Origin: Mizuhopecten yessoensis
Lineage: Eukaryota
Direction: 5' to 3'
Assembly (NCBI RefSeq): GCF_002113885.1
Contig: NW_018408919.1
Location: forward strand, 1,392,987 to 1,456,986
DNA length: 64,000 nucleotides
Shown here: piece after piece, positions 51,001-63,018 of the stretch
How the letters are laid out: every line of letters begins with the position of its first letter
Position numbering within the stretch: the first letter of the stretch is position 1
Program-made: the position numbers and the translations under genes
Notes under the pieces: model-generated
What the model saw: only the letters and a program-made list of their open reading frames with translations
Databases searched by the model: none
What the model was told of the DNA's origin: nothing

Positions 51001-54000
51001 AATGACGTTGTAATACATCAATAATAATTTTAAGGATACAACAGGGAAATATCAACTGTAGGATCCCGAAAAAGTTTTTTTTGTGCAACTTTTCCTACAA
51101 AATATTGCAAAGACTTTTGTGTCAGCTATAAATGCAAATATCTTTTGAGGAAATTATCAGATTTTTGCGAAAATTGTCTCGGTATACTGTCATCAACAAA
51201 ACAATCCCTCAAGATGGGATAGGTTGGCAAAAATAATGCATATTCCATGAAGGGAATTTTATCTGATTGGTAGATGGGTTCTGAATGGTATTCATTGAAT
51301 GGATTATCATATAGCAAAGAAACTTGTTTAAGAGATATACAACATAAAACCCTCGCTCAAGCTTGATACCCAGCTAGTATAATAGTATACCTAATATTAG
51401 ACAAGGCTGCTGCGAAGCTGCATTTGCTTCCTTCATTACGGTTTGAAGTTTGCCAAATATTTTTATATATATATCACTTGTATGGCAACCGATATTTATA
51501 TGCATCTCCAATAAACCAATGCATGCCTTCTATTTACTCTATCACAGAGGAAGAGGAGTATTACTATGTTGACAACAGTGATGAAGACGCCAGTCAGAAG
51601 ATCTACACAGATGCATGCAAGGAATTCGGGGCCAAATACATGAAGCTAATTTACAACCAGCTCGTGAAAGAGACATTAAGTTTACTCAGTGTGGTACTTA
51701 GAACCTTGGACAGTAAGGCGTTCGCTACATCCCTAGTGGTAAGTAAGATGTGATTGGTCGATGTGCGAATTCGGTTGCTTAGGAACGTTGGCCGTTTTAA
51801 CCATAGTTTGAAACTCCCTTGTAATATGGGCAATCCAAACCGATGCGATGCATTGAATTCACGATGTCCATTCTGTCAATGAATAAGGATAATGCATTCC
51901 TGCAGTATTGTATGAGGAGCAATATTGCCATATGAGGGAGTGATGGTGCACGTTTTAATAAGCCATAACCTTATATCCTATTATAACGTTTCCACAAAAC
52001 CGACTTTATTTCATTGATTATTATTGTATTTCACAATTTTATAGCATAAATAAAATAATGATTTTCTGTTCACCAGAAAAATTCGTCCATTGACACCTTG
52101 ATTCTGGAGAATAACCGGATTGGGGGTCGAGGGGCGAGATACTTTGCAGAGGTGCTGACTCGGAATACCTATCTCACAGACGTGGTAAGCCAATCAAATC
52201 GCCGGTTACAACGCCGTTACAGGTTTGGGAAAGAAAAGATCTGCTGTAACCCACTGCATGTTTCTGTTAGAGGCGACTAATGTAGAGCCAATATGAGCCG
52301 ATCCCATGCGTACATTGAATTAACACGAGAGAGCTCTTTATACATTGGTTACGCGACTAAAATTTGACAAAAAAATGATATGGTTCAACTATGAAGAAAA
52401 AAGACAATTGAATAAAAAAAAAAACCACAGCATTCACGAGGAAGTGGGCTGTTGTTTATGTTTGCTATAGCGCTTTATTTAATATGATAAACTTACGAAA
52501 AGTCTCAGAAAAAAATAGACCCTTGGTGAGTGTGGTAACAAAAGAGAATATTGTATGTGATAGTGGATATGATAGATATTATTATTTCATGCTTAATATT
52601 AGGTGGAAAGAGCATTCTTCTCTTGTGGATCACAAATTGAGGTTTGGTTTCATCCAAGTTGTGATCCCGTCTGGAGAAATACTTTATCCATCTCGATTGA
52701 TTACGAAAGGGTCTTATCGGCTTATATCTATATTCACCAAAGTAATGTTTTTCGTTTAAGTTAAGTGAATATGACTCAAAGAAATTGTCCTGATTTCTTT
52801 TCTTCAAATATATCAAAACATAATAAGTTACAATGCATTAGAATAGCGATTTCTTTTCCAACAGAAAATCGTCGAGAATCATTTAGGTTCGGAAGGTGCC
52901 GAGGCGATATGTAAAGCACTATGTCACAACAACTACGTAAGACGACTCGATCTATCAGGTAGAAACTTCAATATATATTTAATCTTAGATATTCATCGTC
53001 TGTGGAACATAATGCATGACCGATAATTGATTTTGTTTAAAAACAACTTTGTATAAGAATGGTTAGAAGTCAATACATAAACATGTATTTTACCTTTTTC
53101 CTTTATATATATATATTCATTTCTTATTTAATTGATTATCATTTATCATTAATTTCTTAATAGAAAGTGTATTTTATTATATACCGATATACAACAAAAC
53201 CTCGATATAATGCCCTTCGTTTTTATTTGCCACCTCGTTTACCGCCAAGATATTTCAATGTCCCTTATTCTCTTTTTCCTAAGTATAACGAGGTTTTACT
53301 GTATATTCCATCTTTGTGTATTGCAGAGTTATCTTCTCTTGTGAGCAGGTATTGATTGTTACGTAAAAAATTACGACGTTTTCTCAAAAATTGATGACGT
53401 TACTCTCACAAACAAAGGACGTAACAATCAATACCTGCTCAAAAGAGAAGATAACTCTGCACTACGAAAAGACGGAATTACTGTCTGCTTAATGTTTTAC
53501 AGTAAAGGGTTTTCTAGAAATATATGTCATGTTTTTATTTGACAGGAAATGGTTTCATTGAAGATGATGCACTCTTCTTCAAAGACATGTTAGACGTGAG
53601 TAGAGTAAAGGAGCGTCACTATTTTTTTTTATATGTTTTCCCATATCATTGTCATCTTGTTTCTGCATTTCTCTAATAAGGGTTTAAGTTAGGGATATGG
53701 CAATACGATTTTTGAACGAAATTTTATGGTTACAAAATTTCGCAGTCTGTGATAGATAAACTGGTTTGGAAAAAAATGTATGACATCCAATAAAACAATA
53801 CGAAACAAAATAGTTCTGTCAGACGGTTTTATGGTATTTACTATAACAAATGACTGGTCAAAAAAGGTGTAGGACGGGTGAAGCAACATTTTATTTGAAG
53901 CTGAAAAAAAGAAATGATAAAAATATTATTATTATTATTTATTTATTTTTTAATCACCAACTGCAAAGGATTCAAATATAACAGCAATGTTTCTTTCTGC

Positions 54001-57000
54001 AAGAGGTGGAAACAAAAATGGCTCTAGAATCCTTCAATAAACATTTTTAAAAATTAATTGAACGCATCTTGTAAAGAACATGCTTGTTAATGGGAACTTG
54101 ATCCATTAATAACAAAGTAAAACAAAATCTGTAACATACAAAAAAAGTTCCTTAAATACATCAACCTTTCTGTAAACTAAAGGTAAACCACATAATATCA
54201 AAACACATTGCAATTAAGCAACAATCGTTGGACGCTTCTGACGAACGCGACCTCTGTCGCTGCCGAAGTCTACCCTTATATTATATTTCCATGCATAGAT
54301 ACATGGACTCTATGCCATATATGTGAACAATAAATTAATCAAGTCATAAAATGATATCATTTTCCTGTCTATCCAGGAAAACCACGCCTTACGAGAACTG
54401 TACCTTGGTCACAACGAGTTCCGGGAGAGAGGCGGTGAGGTGTTTGCAGACGGGCTTGGTAGGTGGTCTGTATAAAAATAATAAAAATGCTTTCTCAAAT
54501 TTGATTTATTTTTTGTTTCCTTTTATTTTAAATTGAATTCATGTACTGTAAAGTTCTAATCAACAAGTGGTTAAAGTATAAAGAACAATATTTGAGTGAT
54601 TTTTTTTATAATATTTCACGACACATCTACGTTCAGGTTAATTTGCAATGAAAGATGTTCTCCATGCAAATTATAATTCATTTAAACTTTAGATCGAAGG
54701 CCATTTGTCCTTTCGCGAGACTCATTCTCGCAAGTATGTCGCTGGATGAACAATGGGGAAACTAGCTATCTATAAAAATGAAATTTACATCATGTCGAGT
54801 GTGGTGTGTTAGTTGTGCCATTAAATGTCGTAAATTAGCATATGTTGACGACTCCTCTTCCGTGAAGAACACGTTTCTCCCCCAATAAATCGTTATTTTT
54901 TTTTTACTTTTAATCTCTGATGTTTTCAGATTGGATTCATCCATACATGCGTGTCAGTTGCACGACTAGTTGTCTTTCTTGTGGTTTAATTTCTTTTTTT
55001 ATATATATACTGAAAAACAACATAATCTAACAATACTTTAAAATAATATAAAAAATTCAAAAGGATTATTTTATGTTATAATGTAAGCAGCTTTTACCAA
55101 GATAATTAAGTCTTTTCTAGTGTCTTACATTGATTTAGATAGTAGCTTCATTACACTGTAGGTATGTTGAAACTCTCTTACGAATACAGGTACATGTAAA
55201 TACGTCTCAAACTGAGTGAATTTATGTTCATATTGACTATACCTTATCTTTGGTTTCCATAGCTACGAACGACTTCCTAAGGGTGCTTGATCTTAGTTGG
55301 AACCACCTGCGTATGGCCGGAGCTACAGCAATAGGAAAGGCGCTTCAGGTAGGCGAGAAAATTCTGCAGGAAAGAATTACTGTTCTCTTAGAAAAAGTAA
55401 AGGCGCCTGAAGAGAGACATATGGCACCTAGTGTGATGTCTCCCGTAAACTCCAGAAATATGTGCTGGCCACCAACAATCTACGACACAGCTAATGATGA
55501 TGTCTTTCATTTTTGCCGATATGAAGGATAGTACACTGCACAACTGAAGAGGGTCTATTAAGAAATTTAAATGATATATTTGAACCAAATGTGAAGTTAA
55601 ATTAATTATCGTACAGCTTCTAAACCACGCCCTTTTTACAGGTCAATCGTCATTTAGAAAAGCTGGATATTTCATGGAATGGTTTCCACGTGCGGGGCGC
55701 CATCACAATGAGCAAGGCGCTTGAGACAAATCAAGCTCTCTCGTATCTCGACATAAGCTGCAATCGCCTCACTGACGCTTGTATCACGTGTCTGCTACAA
55801 GGACTGAAGCACAATTCTACGCTGAGAGTCATTCGGGTTCGTATAACCTGTTTGCTGTTTATTACATAGAGACGGGTATTTATATTAACTGTTCCTATAC
55901 TTTCTTTTTGTGTATACATTGATATACATTATTATTTACAAACACGATGTTGTTTATTTGCTGACTACACGCGGCATTTAGTAAGAATGGTGTTCATGCT
56001 GCTTTCCACTTTTTTTTCAGATGGCTAAAAACCCTATGTTCCCGGCCAGTGCCCAAAGGATCCTTGAGTGTGTCCAGGAAAATCCTAACATAGGATTGGA
56101 TCTCATTGACCTCGGAGTCAGTAATATTTTCACTTCATAATCTCAGAGAAAATCTTGTATTGAAAAACAATTGTTTTTGTTTTGAGACATATTTGTGCTT
56201 TGAGAGAAGAGACCATCGTTTTTTTAAAATATTGTGAATATTCATTAGGATATATCTACAGTGGAAAATGTAACTGTTGCTGCTAAAATCGAATAAAAAT
56301 CAAGAAACGTTAAAAATAATTTCAAACATTTTTTTAACCTCATTGTCGTCTTTTGAAACCAGTAAAATACCGTACATATTGGTTTTTGCTTAGTTTTAAA
56401 TTGTTCCTTGCACTTATCTAAAAATTAAGTTTGTTTGATGCAGAAACCTAAACAAAGTAAATAATTACTCTGCCTATATAAACTTGGTTAGTTTTGTGCA
56501 AGAAAAGCTCGCCTCATGCCCTACCTACTTGGTGCGTGATAACCCCTCTTGGTATGTTTGTCTCTTCGTTTCTCTTTCTTCATATCGAGTTTGTGTTCCG
56601 ATGTTTTCTTTTCGTTATTCTGTTTTCGATTATATTTGTCACTTCTTTATGGTCTCTTTGGCTTTATGCTTGAAAGTGATATAAATGCATATCTATAATC
56701 CGCTTGATCAATATGATTAACTGCCACAATCAGTTAGTTGACTTGGATTTATGCACATCATTCCAATTTTGAATTTAACTCATATTTTTATCCCTCACAG
56801 GACCAAAGTGTGACAGAAAAGTTCTACGAGATCCTGTCAGGCCTGAATAAGAAGCGACAAGGGTTCAAGGTGAAATACGGCGTGGTTTGGAAGGCTGACA
56901 GGGAGGTTCTAGGCAAACAGGATGACGATGAGGACGAGGACGATCTCATCAACGAAGACCCTCTTCTCGTCCTTATGGAATATGCGCGCATGGAGAACAT

Positions 57001-57890
57001 TTCACTAGTGGAACTCTTCGTCAAACTCGACAGTGACAAGAGCGGGTCGTTATCACGAGAGGAGTTTATGGACGGTTTGGAGGTACTTATGGCTCTCCTC
57101 CGGAATATACTTTATAGTTATTAAAAATAGCAGCATTATGCGTCTAAAGTTTCAAAGAAATAATTATCACAATAAATATCATATAAATAAAATGAAGAAA
57201 TCACAATTGACCCTGCTGAATATGTTTGAAATCTTTGTGAATTTTCCAAATTGTGAAACAGCCAAACATGAATAAGATTTAAATCTTTCTTTAGCGTCGA
57301 AACATTAGAATATCATGTTAATTGATAATAATACGTCCCGAAAGATATACACTAGCTACTGTATGATGGCAGCAGTGCTATGTATTGGAAACACTGTTTT
57401 TATTTTCAACAGCAAGTCAACATTCCAATGAGGAGAAAAGCTCTGAATAAATTGATCGACAAGATGGACCAGGACGGCGACGGAGAAATTGATTTTGAGT
57501 AATTATACCTGCACACTCTTGTTTATATTAATCTCCTGAATACTACTAGATAACGGAAAATAAAAATCTGCAAAGAGTCGTTTCTATGATCGGATAATAT
57601 AATTCATATCTTATATAAATAATTAAGTCCCAACTATCACATAAACAATGATTTGTATTTTGTCTAAGGTGTAATCTGGTTAGTCGATATTCGTATTGAC
57701 CTCAAAACTGGTCAATGATGATTTTTCTTAAACATCTTTCAGTGAACTGATGAGTGCTCATGACGAACACAAAGACAAGCTCAAAGAGTATTTACAGGGT
57801 GATGTCCCTTTGGAAGAAACGGAAATTGGACGGATTGACAAATCTCTGAGAAATGTCATGAATAAACGGTATATAATGCATAAGTTTTAA
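48037..57890 (+). CDS. LRRC74A-like LRR + two EF-hand protein, paralog 2; firm exons 50639-50921, 51548-51738, 52077-52184, 52865-52958, 53546-53595, 54377-54458, 55263-55348, 55642-55836, 56021-56116, 56801-57082, 57413-57498, 57743-57890; tentative 5' exons 48037-48085/48105, 49755-49777, 50098-50166
   Basis: Phase-consistent exons; YTDACKEFG N-cap, LRRs (LILENNRIG, LDLSGNGF, LDLSWNHLR, LDISWNGF), EF loops DSDKSGSLSREE and DQDGDGEIDFDE; exon sizes 108/94/50/82/86/195/86 are identical to paralog 1. Confidence 0.87.
49340..49539 (+). mobile_element. Penelope-like element RT C-terminal fragment
   Basis: CSEYHDFSNRCRLLTDKLTTLSFKRYMLKKTMGKFNGRYHDLIGKY resembles the post-RT helical region of Penelope-like elements (from recall). 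Confidence 0.6.
53304..53480. mobile_element. Second copy of the palindromic MITE at 32453-32642
   Basis: Shared TATTGCAGAGTTATCT...GTGAGCAGGTATTGATTGTTACGT arms. Confidence 0.85.
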
Positions 57891-58660
57891 TCATTGTCAT
57901 TAGTTTCGCGGACGCTTAAACACTTTTAACCATTAAGCTCATAAGTCTTCATACCGATTGGCGCAACTCCATATGTATAAACTAGACGAAATCATATTAA
58001 AATCACTCAAATTCAACACCTATTAATTTTGTTGTTTTATTCTTTTTTGCTTGATTTCATGTTTGTTGTACAATTTACAACTGCATACCATTAAAACCAC
58101 ATCGAGTCTGCACACTATGTCACGAGTTGATATTCACATCTCAGCCCGAGTTTCCTATGTCTCGCCCTGACACCAGACTCGGCCATTTTAACAGCCCACG
58201 CCAGACATCTATCTGTCAATTGTCTTAGTCTGGTGTAAGGGCCAGAGGAAACTCGGGCTATTCACATCTCTGGAGTAAATTCACGTTAAACATCCTGTAT
58301 TGACACATACTTCAAGAATGCTTGTTTTTGATACTGAAACTTCAATAACACAAAACACTACGTAACGGCCGTCATCACTTAGTGGTTTTTCACAGAAGAA
58401 AGTTTGACTCATTAATCTTTCACAAGAGGGATAGGAGACACATCGGAACAACTCGATGCTACCAGTGTGTGTTTAACTTGCTAAATTGAGGTGAGTTATA
58501 ATCTTGTTTTGATCTTTTGAGTAATGACTCGTTTATTATTAAAAACAAAATTGTATTGTTTTGTTATATTCACTTTCCATCTATTGTAAAATCAATTTCC
58601 GGATATCTCCGATACTTGGAAGACATATCATCTGACGTCATCAAATTCTGTTATCTTTAG

Positions 58661-59021
58661 GTCATATGACAATAGACGGGCATCAACGACCCCTGGTGGG
58701 AAAAGGAGGTTCGCCAATGACATCAATATCGACGACTGGTTCATAAAGGAGCAGGAAAACAACCAAAAACAATTTCGTGATATAATTGCCCGCAATTATC
58801 CTCGTTCAGCGAAAGTGCGAGGCTGGGTCCAGAAATTTCTCGTTGACGAGGTTTCCAACGCTCCCGATTCCTCCACTGACACTAATGCAAACACAGTTGA
58901 CACAACCTCCGAAACAACAAATACCAAAAACGATAATTCTGTCGCTGATGACAACGGAAATGGTAACAGGGAACAAAGTTCTTCGGCTGATAAGCCGCAA
59001 AATCCTAACGTTAATGGTTAA
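58661..59021 (+). CDS. Putative terminal coding exon of unknown affiliation (~119 aa, S/T/N/D-rich tail)
   Basis: TCTTTAG acceptor followed by an open frame SYDNRRASTTPGGKRRFANDINIDDWFIKEQ...NPNVNG*; phase fits a donor at 57868 in LRR paralog 2. Confidence 0.4.
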
Positions 59022-59299
59022 AAACATAAAATGAGTTAAGACATGACAAATATTTCGATATTCTTTAGCCGTACATGAACAAATATTGGATTTAATATCT
59101 TCTTACCGCTTCTTATAACTCTAATCAAATAAACTGTGTAAACCACTGCGCAGCCTACGTTGAAATTATCTGCGACCTCAGTCTTCTACGGCTGGTTCGT
59201 CACGAGGAAAACCAGGTTGTAAACTGCAACAGCTAAAGAATTTGAGGAGAAAATACTGCCTTACTGGCAAGCGATGTGTTATAACCCGGGAACCCGCTC

Positions 59300-59595
59300 A
59301 CTAGTTCAACAACGTCGAGCGTGGGCAGTAGTGTATTGATGGGTGACCGCCCGCAGGAAACATTTGGTGGCAGCGGTGGGACTCACATGTGTGATCATGT
59401 AAGGCCAGTTCCCGGTGGTAAGGGAGCGTGCATTGGTACACATGGAGGACCCACGGGATTCCCCACGCAAAGTCTTAGAGGTGGAAATGCTACTTTACTG
59501 GCAAGCCAGCTTTTCCAGCCATGCGGTATAAACCGAGGAACTGCTCACTAGTTCAGCAACGTCGACCGTGGCCAGTGCCTGGATGAGTGACCGCA
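59300..59595 (+). other. Two degenerate 5S rRNA-derived fragments (pseudogene or 5S-derived SINE)
   Basis: CAACGTCGAGCGTGGGCAGTAGTGTATTGATGGGTGACCGCC and CAACGTCGACCGTGGCCAGTGCCTGGATGAGTGACCGC resemble the 5S internal control region. Confidence 0.5.
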
Positions 59596-61166
59596 TGCAC
59601 GTTATATAACATACATTATTAGTCTCTTTCATAGGTTTCCAGTTTTCCATTTAACTATTATTTCACACAATCTATATGACGAAACTGTGACTCACATTGT
59701 GGTCTGTTAGGGTACTACTGTTGATTAAACTCAATAAATATACCTACAAACAATTTCTTACCTCGGCTGCCATCTGTTTGAAGTTCGCTGAAAGTAATCA
59801 TAAACTTCGGCCTTGTTTCTGTGATGTTTGTAGCTCCATATTTCTTGGACCCGACCGATAGTACCCAGAATATCTAACGATCAGCGGAGCTGGTAAACAG
59901 CCACTGAACCAAACAAAATATGTTGTTGCTTTGTCTTTGATATTCAGCTTGTATGGTATGATGACAATAAATGCAGATTTGAAGTTTTTGAAGTAGTTGA
60001 AAAAAATTAACTTTAACAAACAAATGTTAGCATGCGTTTTACAATTCCAACGTATATTATTTGCATATCCTAGATTTATTTTATTTAAATAGCAAAATGC
60101 ATCCTGTAACTATTACCTTGTAAATAGTGGTCACCTATAAATTCTCTCACGTAATTTATGCAGATATTGACAAAAAGGTACCTTTATAATAAAATTGTAG
60201 GGTCGCAAAACGTTCCCCAGAATGCATATTCCTAAAGGCCAACTATCAGCAAGCTATCCGTCGACAGATCGAGTTGTGAACACGGTAACCTGAATGATTT
60301 CAACGTAAAAGATACAAGTATGTATTTGATTAACACCGTTGAGCGGTCCTTCCGGTAAGGCCAACGGAAATGACGTACAACAAAGATCTCGCTGACTTTA
60401 CACCATCCTCGATACTCCAAGGGTATGCTGTAGAGTGCAGATTGTGACAAGCAGAAAGATTTAACGGTCAAGATCTGACTGAGTTAAAACTGGCCGGTAT
60501 AGCGGCAAGCATACGTGGAACCGAACGATCAAGATAAACTTATTTCCTATTGATCGTCTTCTTTAAACATTGGCCAAATGACAACCACAACAAATTTCAA
60601 TGTATATATATATATATTTTAATACGATAATTACTGGACAAGATCAGTAACAATCTTAACGATAAATACAACAGCGATCCCGCAGAATTCTTCGTAAGAA
60701 GACCACTTGACGGTATCATGATGCACAGTGTTAGAATCAGTCATTAGCCGTGGTCAAGAACTGACCGTGACAAAGACAAATAATTGAATGATCAAGGCGC
60801 ACCGAATCAAAACTTTGATCGATATGCCTGTTATCACACCATCGTCAACCATCTTCTCGGACACTGGGGCAATAATCTGTAAGAAAACGATAACTTTTGA
60901 TAAATGAGGTTATTTTTTTCAATTGGTGACAGTTAATTTATAATATTTAATAAGAACAATTAATCTTCTGATTGTTTTAGTAAGACCATTAAATATGTAC
61001 GAGGTTTGGGTAAGTTGGGGAGGTTCTTTATATATCTGCCACATCCAGCCTCTTCGCTTTCAGTTTCAAAAAATGCAAAATCATTTTAAAATAACAGCTT
61101 ATCAAACCTGTCTCCTAGATGAACCCTTTCCAAAAACAGAAATGTTCGGCCTGACAGACTACATAC

Positions 61167-62743
61167 CTAGGGAGGAACAGGGTACCAGAGGTTGACCTGA
61201 CGCTGGATGCACAGTGGGAACAGAACCATATGCTTCTCCTCAAATTGATCACAGAATTTCCTCTGCCAGTACAGGTCGTCCTGTGGCAGCTCCTTGGTCA
61301 ACTGGACAGACAACTCCAGTCCATAGCTGAACAGCATCATTGCCTTTGACCGCTCCGTGAAGTTGGCTTTGCTCCTCTTACGAGGTCCGGAGGGCATCCA
61401 TAGGCATTTCATTTTGACTTGACAAGGGGTAGTTCCGCAGTGACGACAGCGGGACGGGCCTGTGCACAAGTAATATATAAGTTACGACAGAGGGACGGGC
61501 ATGTGAATAAGTAATATATAAGTTACGACAGAGGGACGGGCAAATGTACAAGTAATATATAAGTTACGACAGAGGGGCGGGCCTGTGTACAAGTCATATA
61601 TACGTTACGACAGGGGGACGGGCCTGTGTACAAGTAATATATAAGTTACAACAGAGGGACGGGCAGGTGTACAAGTAATATATAAGTTACGACAGAGGGA
61701 CGGGCCTATGTACAAGTAATATACAAGTTATTACAGAGGAACGGGCCACGGTACAAACAGATATATAATTTCTACAGAGGGAAATACCTGTACATGTAGA
61801 TATGTATGTAAAACTGTGAGAATACAATTATATAATTCCAAAATTCGACAAAACCTGTCAGTGATAGTCCGAAAACCCCCAAAAACGATTTTGTAAACAC
61901 TGGTCAAAGCATAAAGACAGAACATTCATTTCCAAACTACTCGATCACATAAAAGATCAAATGAAGACAATACGTCTATCATTATTATCAGAAATATAAC
62001 TCAATTAGTTCATTTGGTCAGCAACTATAGCGAATAATAGAGGATGGTTCTAATTTATAAGGAAATGATTTGACAGTGAATGGATGTTTCGATAGCGAAA
62101 GCCACACAAAAGGTTGTAAAATTGCAATCAATAACATTATTTATTCAGAAGAAAAACATTACTTACGAGCTCTCCATCCTTGGAACATTGACACCATGGC
62201 TGACCATTTCTCTCTGGCGATGTTTCCAATAGACGGCACATAGCCCAACAGCAGGGCTAGAAGCTTACTTAGTAGGATACAGAATACTTCATTTCCTATT
62301 CGCTAAAATAAATTAAATTTTAAATATTTACTGGGGTATTGCACTTACATAAAATATTTCAGACTCGCGAACTACAGACGTTAGATGGACCAAAATGATC
62401 ATAAATGGAGAACATTCTATATTTACCCGTATGAGATCGGCAGGCGCTGGGCATACTTTCTCAATTCCAGATGCGGTGAAATAATGGAACAATCTTGGGG
62501 CATATCCTGGCTCGGGTTCCACGCTGAAAAATTCAAAGACATGATTAAGTGTTTCTAGATTTTCAATGACACTACATAACGCAAACTTGAATTGTCATTT
62601 GCATTGAAATAAGCTCTGTGTGCTGTCCGTATGAAATGTCACAAAACTGCCTTAACTTACCACGCAAGGTCCCGATATACAGCAGGAGCTTGATGCACAG
62701 CGCACAGCATTACCACAAATATCAAGAGTAACCTGATAGTCAT
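61167..62743 (-). CDS. Unknown small spliced gene; exons 62743-62661, 62523-62427, 62295(or 62256)-62167, 61459-61167; reading frame ambiguous
   Basis: Strong donors (GTAAGT, GTAAAT, GTAAGT, GTATGT) and acceptors bound GC-richer blocks; signal-peptide-like MTIRLLLIFVVMLCAV; a Cys-containing 97-codon open exon. Confidence 0.55.
61442..61756. repeat. 41-bp minisatellite, ~7 copies, amplifying a splice acceptor
   Basis: Unit GACAGAGGGACGGGCCTGTGTACAAGTAATATATAAGTTAC; minus strand TTGTACACAG|GCCCGTCCC. Confidence 0.92.
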
Positions 62744-63018
62744 TGTGGTAATCCAAGAATTGTAATACAAATTAAAAATTAGGAGAGAGACTGATCATCT
62801 CCACCTTACAAGTTGCCAGGCAGTTTAGCAACAAAGTCATGACGTCACAAACGGCCTCATTAGTTGAGCATCATGACGTCATACAATTGTGATTGCAACA
62901 AGGTCAAAACTACAATGCTGGAGGCGTGTATGCTTGAAATAGGAGAAATGTTCTGCTATGAATGCTCTCTACTCAGTTTGAAGCTTACATGTACATGTAT
63001 ATGCTAGTAAAATGATAT

